Source: Epithemia pelagica
Lineage: Eukaryota; Protista; Bacillariophyta
Reading direction: 5' to 3'
Assembly (NCBI GenBank): GCA_946965045.2
Contig: OX337241.1
Span: 2,108,001 to 2,172,000, forward strand
Length of the DNA stretch: 64,000 nucleotides
The notes below the pieces were generated by a model. The model was not told where the DNA came from. It was given only the letters and a program-made list of their open reading frames with translations, and ran no database searches. A program made the translations under genes and the position numbers. Of the stretch, positions 1-10,607 are shown piece by piece. Numbering within the stretch: position 1 is the stretch's first letter; each line of letters starts with the position of its first letter.

Positions 1-1494
1 GTGAGTCTGTTCTTGACCCAAAGATTATACTTGGCACCTGCTCAGTGAGTCGACGAAAACACCACGTATTCTTGTCAACCAAGGAGAGTGTCGCACAAGG
101 AGCATTGTCACTTCCACCAGTCACAGCAATTCCCCTCGAGTGAACCACATCACTGGAGATATAATACGGCCCTGTTGATCGGGTAAAGGTCCACACAGTG
201 TTTCGGCGAGTACCGAAGACTTCAACAATGTCCGCGGCTAAGGAACCTCCCATAACAATAAGACATGATCCAACAGCTACAACTGCATGATCACTCCGTC
301 GGATGGAAGGATTGATTTGGTCATGACATGTCCAACGGCATGAGGATGGAAACACTGCACTTGTTTTGTCCGTTGTCTCATTGCCGGATAGATAATGAAA
401 CTCCAAATTCTCCATGGAGTTGAGATCTGTCCCATTACTTTAGCCTCCAACAACAAAAATGCGATTGCCAATGACAGCACTAGCACAACAGTACCGAGGA
501 ACTGTCATGGATGGTCCCACAATCATGGTGTGGTTGCTTGCGATAGCTGTATCGATTATATCAACCGACGACAAAGTCTTTCCTTTGGATCCACCAATCA
601 CAACAATATAGCGATTGTGCACGGCAACAGCCGAACATCCATTTCTTCTCGTAGACAATCGACAAGTCAGGGTAGTCCATTGGTTGCTGGTAGAGCTTTC
701 CATTGATTCTGAACACAGCTTTGCAACATCAATCCGTTCAATTTTTCCAATCGTGAACTTCCATTGTTTCCTCCGATCACGTGAACTCCTCCGCGACAAA
801 CCACCGCAGCATGAAACTCTCTCTTGTCGTTCAACGAAGGGCCTTCCCTCCATTGCTTAGTTTCTTCTGCCAAATTCATCAGCAGAACTGATTCATCAGC
901 AGAACTGAGTTGGTGTAGCCTTGACCTTGTTTGTCTCCTCCCCAAACAACAACCGTCTGTGCATTGTTATGCTGTTCGGGATGGTCGAGCACAACCGATG
1001 CATGCGAACGACGCCATCCTCCCAAAAGGGGAGGCCAGTCATTAGTATTCCATTGCGGCACCTCACTATTATTGTCAATTTCCAGAAAGCAAAGCCCGGA
1101 TTGTTGTGCTTGCTGTTGCAGTGTAGTCGTCATGGTACTTGCAGATTTTATGACAGCACCAAGGAATGGACCTCAGAGCTTATCTTTCTCCTCAAAAAAT
1201 ACAAAAATGGACTCCGAACGAGATGGACTGAATATTCTGGACATTTCACAGGTCAATGACAGTTTGTGCCGGTCTTCCATCTGTTTGGGTTGTTGTAGCT
1301 TGTCGTTTGCGAGATGACGACACGGTACTTGATGACCCATGACGAGGGAGATTCCTTGTTGTTTCGTCCTCGTCGTCGTCTTTGTTGTCACTGTTGTTGC
1401 TATTCGTATGAGACAATGCGGCCAATCGCAATCGTCGAAGTTCTTGTACGGTAGGCGGGTTTGTCATGGTTCCCACCGTGTCGTCTCGTTCCAT
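1..1494 (-). pseudogene. Kelch-repeat protein, disrupted; runs off the left edge of the window
   Basis: Kelch blades in consecutive frames (HASVV..VVVWGG, FHAAVVCRGGVHVIGG, CSAVAVHNRYIVVIGG, CASAVIGNRIFVVGG, DHAVVAVGSCLIVMGG). Lesions: 17-bp duplication 875-908, 1-bp loss in T5 run 742-746, in-frame TAA at 440-442. The 5' exon structure is uncertain. Confidence 0.8.
875..908. repeat. 17-bp tandem duplication (ttcatcagcagaactga x2) frameshifting the Kelch gene
   Basis: Exact copies at 875-891 and 892-908; explains the frame change between ORFs 879..1133 and 667..945. Confidence 0.95.
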
Positions 1495-1626
1495 TCGACA
1501 ATCCGACAACCACGACAATGAGAAAGAAGAACAAGAAGTGACCCAGAATGAAAGTGGCGCACAGATATAGGGGATCGAAAAATCCACCACGGCCTCAACA
1601 ACAAGGAGGGTCTTGGACACTGCGTC

Positions 1627-1714
1627 CGAGCCACGGTCCAGCTGGAATGACTCTGGAACGCCGCCGCGACCGAGCCACGGTCCAGCTGGAATGACTCTGG
1701 AACGCCGCCGCGAC
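1627..1714. repeat. 44-bp perfect tandem duplication
   Basis: cgagccacggtccagctggaatgactctggaacgccgccgcgac at 1627-1670 and 1671-1714. Confidence 0.95.
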
Positions 1715-1800
1715 AGTCACCCTACTGTTCGCCAAAACCGTGGCGACCCAAAGAATACGGGACACTCTCGAAATAGTCAAAGCTGTGATGGTTGTTGCTG

Positions 1801-1825
1801 CACAATAGGAGCACTTCGGTACCAA
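1801..1825 (+). repeat. Left TIR CACAATAGGAGCACTTCGGTACCAA
   Basis: Pairs with 10919-10943; the CAC start resembles Transib TIRs and the RSS heptamer. Confidence 0.6.
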
Positions 1826-2065
1826 TTTCCCTCACCTACACGTGCCAAAACGTACCCCCAACCATACCGGCGCACCTTTTCTACGTGCCCGCGCGCAAAT
1901 TTCTTCTTAAACAACCAACTCTAGACACCGAAACTGTGACTTAAACCACGTACAACATTTAACCTTTTTTTTATCAACGGTACGAACTTCTTCTCACTTT
2001 TTCTTTACCGGTACTGCCTCCATCCAACCTACCTCCAATGCACAGACGATCTCGGACCTTGATCC

Positions 2066-2293
2066 ATGAACGGAACCAATGTACCAGAACGTAAAGACGA
2101 TCAACAATCAACCCACCCACTCTCTTCTTCACAACAATCCTTTGAAGACAACAAGACAAGCACGATGCCGACTACCTCTGATTCTGATTTCAACCGTCCG
2201 CTTTATGTGCCGCACATGGAAGACTCCTTCAGATTGGAAACCTTTGCTCACCTTCTTCTCCCCAAGCAAGACCATTTCACCACAATATATAAC
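2066..2293 (+). CDS. Probable 5' part of the transposon partner gene, cut off by the YR cassette (ATG at 2066 or 2165)
   Basis: Protein-like frame (MPTTSDSDFNRPLYVPHMEDSFRLETFAHLLLPKQDHFTTIYN) that runs into the palindrome; joining 2293 to 4906 gives an open frame. Confidence 0.45.
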
Positions 2294-2425
2294 GAGGGTA
2301 GGCTGCTTAGGGCACGAGTGCCGTTACAGCTGTTGGCGCACGAGTGCGTGCAGCTTCAGCTGCCGCACGAGTGCGCCAACAGCTGTAACGGCACGAGTGC
2401 CCTAAGCGTAGCCTAGCCTCAGTTA
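2290..2425. repeat. ~135-bp near-perfect palindrome with four same-strand GCACGAGTGC motifs
   Basis: gcttagggcac..gttacagctgttggcgcac pairs with gtgcgccaacagctgtaac..gtgccctaagc; centre gcagct-tc-agctgc; two tandem GA/AG mismatches in the stem. Confidence 0.95.
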
Positions 2426-2429
2426 AAAA

Positions 2430-2493
2430 TGTAATTATACAGTGTCGATACTTTATTCCAAAGTAGACCGAGTGCTATTATTCTAGTAGTCGC
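2430..2493 (+). repeat. Left subterminal inverted repeat of the YR element
   Basis: Reverse complement aligns to 4841-4902 at about 54/64 positions, first 22 identical. Confidence 0.9.
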
Positions 2494-2737
2494 TATTTGC
2501 TATCCCCAGTAGAAATCCTCTAATGTTCCTCTAGTATTCCTTGGCATCAAGTTTTTCTTGGCATCAAATTCTATGCGTGACGCGTGACACAATTCAAATT
2601 TCCACACTATGGTGTATAGTCCAACATTATTTTCTATAGTAGGGCTTGCGCTCACGCCAGCTTGGAATTTGCCTCCGGACCACATTTGCACCCTCATTCT
2701 TCTGCCAAAACAATCAAACAGCAGGGAAACACTCACC

Positions 2738-4709
2738 ATGGCACCCAAGAACCATTCCAGGCGCTCCAAGCGCATTTCAGAGCGACAGAATCCTTTGACT
2801 GATTCCACCAACAAAGTGGGGAAGCCCCTTGGTGCCAAAAAGGCATCCAAAGGGAGCAACAGGGCCAAAAAGGTGCCCAAGAAGGCCCCTCCTATGGCTG
2901 GGCCCCAAGGACAGCTCCCATCTGCTTCCTTGATGGTGCCAGTGCCCAAACAGGCACCCAAAGCACCTCCTATTGGTAAGTTCTTATATGGTTGATTGTT
3001 TTGTCAGTGCTGGATGCATGGTTTGCATTGGAACTAACCTTTCTTGGCTTTTTTGTGTTGCGCAGCCACTATGACTCTTCCCACAAGTGTCGCAACTGCT
3101 GCTGAAGCGTTGTCAACCACAACCACCACTGTGACTACCACTACTCATCTGGACCAAGAGTTCCAGATTGCCCGTGCAACTCATGGGGACATGCGGGGCT
3201 TTTTTATGGTGAACGAAGCTGCGGAACGCAATGCAGCTGCCCTAAGTGAAGCTTTCGACGTGGCAATGCATGCTGATGTGGGAGCATCCGAGGCCCAGAA
3301 CGCCATCTCTAACAGTGCTACTGGAAACTCTCGGGGTTACGTTCGTGCGCAAGGTTGTCGTGTTGAGGAGTTCTTGCAAGCTGGTCGGGACAACCCCTCT
3401 TTGGCGAAGTTTATGGAGATTGTGGACGACAACCTTAACAAATCTGTCGTTGCATCACCGACAGACCAACCTCTTTTTGTTAAGTTGATCAATAAGGGTG
3501 GAAACCCTTTTGATACTAAAGCAATTGGGTTTATGAACCGTCTCCTTCTGAACTGGTTCTGGCATGGACTGATCAAGAATGAAGAAAAGCCCCCTCAGCC
3601 TGGGACCATCGCTACCTATTACAGGTCTCTACTTTCAGCGATGAAACGACACTTTGGACTGCCCTACTACCCCTCCAACTTCAAGGGCTTCGATGGATCA
3701 TTTGAGTCCGTAACCAAAGAAGCCATGAATAATTGGGCTAGACGTGATCCTACCTATGGCACATGCCCTACACGCACGGAGTTTACGGACGAGCACTGTG
3801 AGATTGTCAAAAACTACATCAAATCGGATCGCTTCAACATTCACAACCCAGTGGACCTCCGTCAGCTTCTGTACTTTGTTCTTGGTTTCACTTGTGCTCT
3901 TCGTGCTCGGGAGGAGCACTATTCTCTTGAATTTAGCCACTTTCGGTTTGGTACTTATGAATCTGGACACGAATTGGCAGGTATGGAGTATGTTCAATGT
4001 GAACTCCCTTCGCTACTTAGCAAGGGGCACAATATTACTCTCGGTAAGTAATTTGTAATCCTCCAGCGTGATCACTACAGTTGTAACATTGTACTAACAT
4101 TTCTACACTCTTTATTCTCTATCTACAGGAAATGCCTATGCACGTTCTAGATTCCACAACGATGGCTACCGTTTCCCTGTGATTGATGGTGAGCTCTTTA
4201 ATCTGGGCTATATCATCAAGCTAGTGCGATCTAAAACTCCTCCCAACCAAAACTACCTCTACTGCCATGAATTGGGTCGACGAGAGAAAGCTGCTTGGGC
4301 TAGTATGGGGTTCCCAGATTTTGTCTTCTCTGAAACGAAGCGAATGGGGATTAATATGGTTGGGAAACTATTCCCTAGCTTGTTGGCGCGATGTGGACTA
4401 CCTAATACCCTACGCGGACAGCTACGACACTATGCATTGACTACGCTTGCCAACACTCCGGGGATGAATCCGTCTGAAATTGCCCGCACGGCACGCCATA
4501 AGTCCCTTACATCTCAAGCAGCTTACATCCGTGTGAATCGTACAAGTGAGGTGAATCGTGCTTCTGCTCTCACTGGGGTCTTGGCTACGAATGCTCCCAA
4601 GACTGGAGATGCCATCCCACAACCCAGTGGACACGGTCCTCAGCCGCCGGTGCGAAACCCCTACATTCGTCCTTCGCAGAGCGCTTCTGGTCCAGTCTAT
4701 CCTCTTTGA
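2738..4709 (+). CDS. Tyrosine recombinase, Crypton-like, 3 exons (2738-2975, 3066-4043, 4129-4709), ~598 aa
   Basis: GT-AG introns 2976-3065 and 4044-4128 with CTAAC branch sites join three ORFs in frame; catalytic R (LRAREEH, 3902), K (KGHN), GQLRH (R at 4425), RHKS (H at 4497), Y (AAYIR, 4524); basic N-terminus. Confidence 0.88.
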
Positions 4710-4840
4710 GAATTTCGACGTTAAGCGTGCCTAGATAGTAGATCTAGCCTTGACCATATTCTTCCAGTGCCATTACACGTGATCAAGACTAAAAATTACT
4801 AGAATAATGACACTGGACGATTTTTACTTAGAGACCAGTG

Positions 4841-4902
4841 GCGACTACTAGAATAATAGCACGAGTCTACTTAGAAGAAAGTATCGTCATAGTGTAATTA
4901 CA
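4841..4902 (-). repeat. Right subterminal inverted repeat of the YR element
   Basis: Partner of 2430-2493; TACTAGAATAAT also repeated at 4797-4808; contains GCACGAGT like the palindrome. Confidence 0.9.
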
Positions 4903-4905
4903 ACC

Positions 4906-6572
4906 GTGTCTCGCATCAAACGCAACGATGAAACAGGAGCACCTGCCCTTTCCTTGTTTTTCCCCTTATTTCCCAAGAAAAAACTCGAATGCCACCCCGA
5001 AATCCCCGATCATGACTTTACTCCCATCGAACACGGCCCCGGTTCTCAATGCATTGAACTCTACAAAGCATCTGTCTTTATCGACGGCAGCCACCCAATC
5101 ACCTACAAGACTGAAATCATGTACCCTGCTTTCGTCTTCAACATCCATGACTTGCAAGATCCCAAGAACTCCTGGGCCGAAGGAATGCGGAATGTATACG
5201 TTGTTCGATACAAGCAAAAGAAAATCGGCGGAGTGGTTCGTTTAGTTCCTATCAAGGATGAAGAAGTCCGTTGTTTCCCTACGGACTATGTAAAGCGAGA
5301 CCCCGAAGATCTAATCGTCTGTCCTCGATGCCTACATAAGAACATTTGGACTGGCCTGTTTCAGCTTCGGAAAGCAATCATGAAGATTATGAATCGTCGA
5401 AGTGGAGCTCTCGAAGAGCGTCACACCCAATCCATTTCAATCGGTGCCATTCCTTTGGAAGTATTCAACTACATCCACGTTCTGGCAAACTCTACAGCAC
5501 AGACTCTCACTTGTCACTCTATTTCTAATACAGAGGCTTATTTGGTATTGGACGAAAAATTGACCCGCCGTAAATTGAAATTCAAGTACGAAAGTGGGTT
5601 CCTCCGTTTCATTTCGTGTGACGACCTTCATCTTCTCCGTTCCTTTCTTGGTATTAGTGCCATCTATGGCTCAACCGAAGCCCGTCCAACTTTATCTGAC
5701 GGAGACCGTGGAATGTCTCTCAAACGCGGGCATACATTGACCGTTGTCCGAGGCCAGGAAGAAGCAGAGTCTCCTCAAGAATTCAAACGTCGCTCGAAAC
5801 AACAGCGAGTAGACTTCATGTTTTCTCCCAACCAGGTTCGTGTTACCGTTGCTTTTGAAAAGTACACCTATGATACCATTGGCACTAGCGACCAACTCAA
5901 ACGTGACGCCCCTACACGTCATCTACAGGCAATCCTTACTGGTTCGGATTCCGGAGAACACCCCGAGACAGTTTACTATGTTACAAGGGCTGGAGAAACT
6001 ATTGCGGATCCCAAGAATGGAAGCAGCGAATCGAATGCATCATCCAACCTTTCCGACGACAACACCACCCCGTGCAAGCTCCCCCCCCCGTGGCAATGAG
6101 TCCGAGCCCAGCGAACAAAACCAATTCAAGCCGTGACGAAGAATGGCTCAATGACAATACTGTCGAACCCCGAAGAGAAGACCGTCTGGAATTGGTTTCG
6201 CTAGACTCCCGGGCAAAAGCAACAGTGAAGGGTAAGAGCATTTACGTCGGTGATCAGTACATGAAAGACGAGTCTGTGATTGAGGTTGTCCAAATCATCA
6301 GTGGATACCCCAGTCTTCGTTTCTTGCTTCAACACCGCGTGTCGGGCGAATTGTATACCACCACATTGTGTCCCAGAGAACACCTCAGAGAGGAAGATAG
6401 GACTCATTATATCGACATGGAAATTTACCTCCCTCCAAACAGACTACCATTTTATGTTTGTCGTCCAATCGCAGGTCCTTTATACAAGGAAGGTGCTGAC
6501 GACGCTCACCAAATCACCATGGTTCGTCCCCATTCCGACCGTATCTTGGATGACATCGAGAAGTACAACTAA
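4906..6572 (+). CDS. Hypothetical transposon partner protein (~555 aa, no start codon of its own; 1-bp frameshift in C9 run 6081-6089)
   Basis: ORFs 4906..6099 and 6072..6572 join if one C is added to the run; the frame opens at the right edge of the YR cassette; stop lies 46 bp from the transposase stop. Confidence 0.7.
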
Positions 6573-6618
6573 TAAGTACTCGTACATAGTATCATTACAA
6601 TACGATCATCTTTCTAGA

Positions 6619-9600
6619 TTACTCATCATCACTATCATCAGAATCTTCGTCCATTTGTCGTAGAAGTTCCGCAGTCTGTTTGATATTGTTCTCCACTTGG
6701 TCGACAGTTTGGCCATACAGATCCTCTTTACCAAGATGCCAATCGAATACCAGGTCTGTTCGTTCTTCCCCCTCGCCTTGTGCAACGTCTGATACCATAT
6801 CAGAGATTAATTGGCCGAATACGATGGTCCCCCCCAAGTTCCGAACCCAATTCTTGTTGTATTCCTGTTCGGTCTCTGTCAAGTTCAGTAGGTAATCTCG
6901 CATGAACTGTTCCGTATACTCCCCAAGAAACAGAGTCCGTCGTTGGATCCATCTTGCCATAGGTAATAAGCGTGTCTGTTGTCCTTTCCCCTTGTTCACT
7001 GCCCCTCCCCTTTGCGTCCTACTGAAGTAGAAGGACTTGAAAAGACTGTTGAAAGCTGTATTGTTTTGAGAAACCGGTTCGTAAAGATCACAAAGCTCTC
7101 ACATAAACTTACCCTCCCATCCTTGTTGCGAATGTCTTGCCAGGTTCTTCCAATGAAGTAAATACTCGGCAATATGACCCGCTCCAAGCATATGCCCATA
7201 ATTGGTCACTCCTTCCGAGTTATGTAGCTCGACCCACTCCTTAAAAAAAAGATCCACGTGTTTTTGGAACTCCCACACCTGTGTTTCCGTGAAATCTTCC
7301 TTGGATCTGAGACGCCTGATCGCCTCCGAGTAGTGACTCACACTGCGGACCCACTTTTCTTGGAGTTCGCCATCCACGATAGAGACCACTACAAGCTTGA
7401 CGATGCATTGAAGCATGTCCCGAACTTGGCCATTATCGAGAACCACCTTCCCCACCTGTAGCTTCTCCTTATCATATGGGAACAACCACTGCTGTGCGTT
7501 TTTTCCGTTCCGAGAATCTCCCGATTTGCCAAATCTTGGACCTTGTCTCTGTAGGCCTCAGCAGCCGTCTTGTCCGAATACTTATCGTGAGTCGTCATCC
7601 ATGGTAGGATACCTTGTTTGGAGTTTGTCATTCCAATCTTAAACAACATCGATAGGATTTTAATCCCCATTCGTATCTCGAGATGCAAGATACAAGGGAC
7701 CATGTCCATCATGACGACCAATGCTGACTTGGCATTGTTTTTCCCAAACTTCTTCAGAGCGTCGGACGATTCGCGATAAACCCACTCTGACGTCAATTGA
7801 ACCTTCAACCTTTCTTGGCGCTCAATCATCAATCCATCTAAAGGCAGTCCCCGTAATTTTAGGTCATTTGTCAGATGCTGGGTGTACGTTGAACGGCTCT
7901 TGCGAGTGGCCTTCGAAACATCGAAATGAATCGACGTAATCTCTTTTCTTTGCATCGGAGTGGATTGGAGTCTCGGGTCGAGATGTGGCGTTATCTTGGA
8001 TTTGGACCAGATGGTCTCCAATTGTTTCGTATGTTTAGGTAGTCCAGCTTCGAACGATTTCACTTCTCGTTGCAACGCGGCGCGATGCTCCTTGGTCAGC
8101 ATTTTATGATGCCGACACTCCCAGTTAGGATCATCGTCCAAGTGACCCATTTTCTCACACCACTCGCACTTTGAAGGTTTGTCAGTGGCACGTAGATGGA
8201 GGTCTTTGCTATGAATGGGGCATTTCGTGCACGGGTAGTTGGCATTCTTGGCAGCCCCCCCCACAACCACAAAGCTTCCACTCGCAGGACATGTCACAGT
8301 TTGTGACGATCCATAACGCGAGGATGCCAAGTAATCGTGGGAGGATGGTGTTCGCTGCCTCAGCGATTTCAGCAAACAAGACGGAAAAGATTCCTCGGAC
8401 GTTTGCCTTGGTTTCACTGCCCATTACGCAGACCAAAGGTGTGACGTCGTTCCGAGATGACGTCAGCGGGTTGGATTTGTCGTTGAATTTAATCCCCGCA
8501 AGAGTATGATTTGTGTAGTTGGTCAATGTGGCACCATCTAGTGTCTGTGCCATCATCAGATTCCTCAGCATGCCTTCTGCAACTGCCTTTCTTGCAAGAA
8601 TCACTTCCCGAACCATGTCTGCTACTCGGAAATAGAACCCCTCTGTTCCGTCTTTGGAGTTTCGGATCATTCGAAAGGGGATCTTTTCGGCGCCGAATCT
8701 CTCCATCATTGCTGCAATCTTCTTGACAGAGCCAGAACTCGGGATAAGCGTCCGCTTATGTCTCTCTCCATTGTTCTCGCATCGTCGAAGGATCTCGAGT
8801 CCCTCGTAGTTGAGGACTCCTCCCGCGAGATCCATTTCCTTCAATATTCGGAAAGGAGAATACACATACCGACGCATGTGGAGTCGGTACGTATCCATCA
8901 TCTTGTCTCTCAACTGAAGCCCATGAATATCGTCGTATAGCATCATTTCCACAAGCAGTTTGAAGAACAGTTCTGTTCTGTGGCTGTCAGTGGCATGATT
9001 TTGCACGCTTCTAAGAATCACCATCTTTATGTGCGCTACAATCTGTGCCGACTTGACGTAATCGGTGCACGATCTTGGTACATTGCAGAAAGCTTGTTGT
9101 AAAGCTTCCATTGATTTCAATTTCTCACTCATTTTTCTCATTTTGTCGTCATTTTTCTTGAGTTGAATCTGTTGAGCTTTTTTTTGTCGAAGTAATTCGC
9201 GGCGTTCTTCTTTCAGTAAGTCAATCCTTGCTTGAAGAAGTGAGATCTGGTTTTGTGGCGAAAGCGGGGGATCTATAGATGTTGCACTGTCGCAATTTGG
9301 ACTTTGGAGAGAGAGTGGGCTCCTTTCTCGAAGAGTACCAGGTGGGGAAGCGATGTGCTGAGTGTCAGTGTTCGGAGATTGTGTGTCTCTGGATGGAGAA
9401 AGTTGTTGTGTATTGGAAACGGTAGTGGTATTGACTGGTGAGGGTACAGGATTACTTCGTCGTTGGGATGGTGGAGATCTTGGTGGATGTGACTGGGAGT
9501 TGTCAACGACGATAGTCCTGTCGTCTCCAGTGTTAGACGACGGGTAGTCAGATGGTTCTCGTGACGATGACGAAGAGACGATCGTTGCCCTATCTGTTGT

Positions 9601-10338
9601 GGAGAGGTCTTGTTGTGAGGTTTGGAAAGACTCGTTGTCACTTGAGTCATCGAAAACGGCATCATAATCTTGTGGAGAATCATGATGTTTTGATTCATCT
9701 GTTGCATCGACAGTTTCTTGAGTAGGAAAGCAGTAGAGTGCGAGTGTCGGTAATGGAGTGGGGGAAATGTCAGATGGAGATGAGAGTAAATTATTGGGCT
9801 TCGATTGCTTCACAGTCTGCTTCTTGCGATATACTTTGGGTGGTGGTGGTCTTTTGGTTGTGGGAAATCCGACGCCTTTGTGTTTGGCCCGGCATGTATA
9901 ACGTCCGTTTTCCGCCTTTCGGTTCAATTTGTGTTGGGGTCTGGTTGTCTCCATCTCGTCGGCATCGAAACAGTTTCTGCAAAACTTGAAGCCCTTGAAT
10001 ATTTCTTCTCGATGTCGGCCGAAAATAGAGCAAGGTTGAAAATCATGATCTTCAAAATCTTCGATCAGGTCGGCGATGCGTTTCCTTTCTTGGTAGCTAA
10101 TTTGTAACGGCAGACTTGCCCCATTTCCTTTCCTTTTCGATCGCGTTTGAAGGTTAGGAGAAGGAGGCAAGGCTTTGATTTTCTGTGCTTGTAGACGAGT
10201 TACACCTTGCGATGCTGATGGGGGGAGAGGTGCAGAAGGAGTGGCACGGATACCTGCCTCATTATCGTTGGATGTCAGTGTTCTGGATCGCTTGGGAGAC
10301 CGTCTTCTGTTTGAAGACTTGCGACGACGCTTTGGCAT
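6619..10338 (-). CDS. RAG1/Transib-family DDE transposase, ~1220 aa after repair (intron 7056-7112; 1-bp shifts in C8 run 8255-8262 and T6 run 7499-7504)
   Basis: QTLDGA (D, 8536-8538), NCDMS (D, 8293-8295), CGGAAKNANYPCTKC, PCILHLEIR, VTNYGHMLGAGHIAEY..SQQGWE (E, 7114-7116) then AFNSLFK after splicing; order and spacing follow the RAG1 core (DG..YDE..CTLC..LH..ITNYFHKTLAH..SEGNE). Confidence 0.85.
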
Positions 10339-10349
10339 GGTTGGGATTA

Positions 10350-10391
10350 CGTTCCGAGTGTTGATGTGAACGTTCCGAGTGTTGATGTGAA
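10350..10391. repeat. 21-bp tandem duplication just upstream of the transposase ATG
   Basis: cgttccgagtgttgatgtgaa at 10350-10370 and 10371-10391. Confidence 0.9.
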
Positions 10392-10546
10392 GTACAATGG
10401 CAAGTCTACTTCGTTTCCATTGTCAACGGAAAAAGGGAACCTGATAATGTGAGACAAGAATTTCCATCAGTCGGTCATAAAAATGCGAGTCAACAACGAT
10501 AAAAAAGCGACTTGGCTGTTATGTTCATGTTCATGTCCGTATATTT

Positions 10547-10607
10547 CTTTTGGTTGAGTCACGACGGTTAAATGAAATTTTGGTTGAGTCCCGATGGTTG
10601 GCATGAA
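10547..10607. repeat. ~30-bp imperfect tandem repeat x2 in the subterminal region
   Basis: ttttggttgagtc(a/c)cga(c/t)ggtt..atgaa at 10547 and 10577. Confidence 0.8.

Larger units (their letters stand above)
2294..4905 (+). mobile_element. Crypton-like tyrosine-recombinase element with terminal palindrome and subterminal inverted repeats
   Basis: Spliced YR gene flanked by ~63-bp inverted repeats, palindrome at the left end, AAC at both junctions (2291-2293 and 4902-4904). Exact ends uncertain by a few bases. Confidence 0.72.

Noticed and set aside
1843-1855. GCCAAAACG as an RSS nonamer behind the CACAATAG heptamer
   Set aside because: Weak match to ACAAAAACC and no counterpart at the right end.
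2604-2612. CACTATG (ProtoRAG-like heptamer) upstream of the YR gene
   Set aside because: Isolated 7-mer inside the YR cassette without a partner; expected by chance.
4906-6572. Calling the partner gene RAG2
   Set aside because: No Kelch GG/aromatic periodicity and no PHD Cys/His pattern visible.
8255-8262. Programmed ribosomal frameshift in the transposase
   Set aside because: No X XXY YYZ slippery site with a downstream structure; a homopolymer error is simpler.
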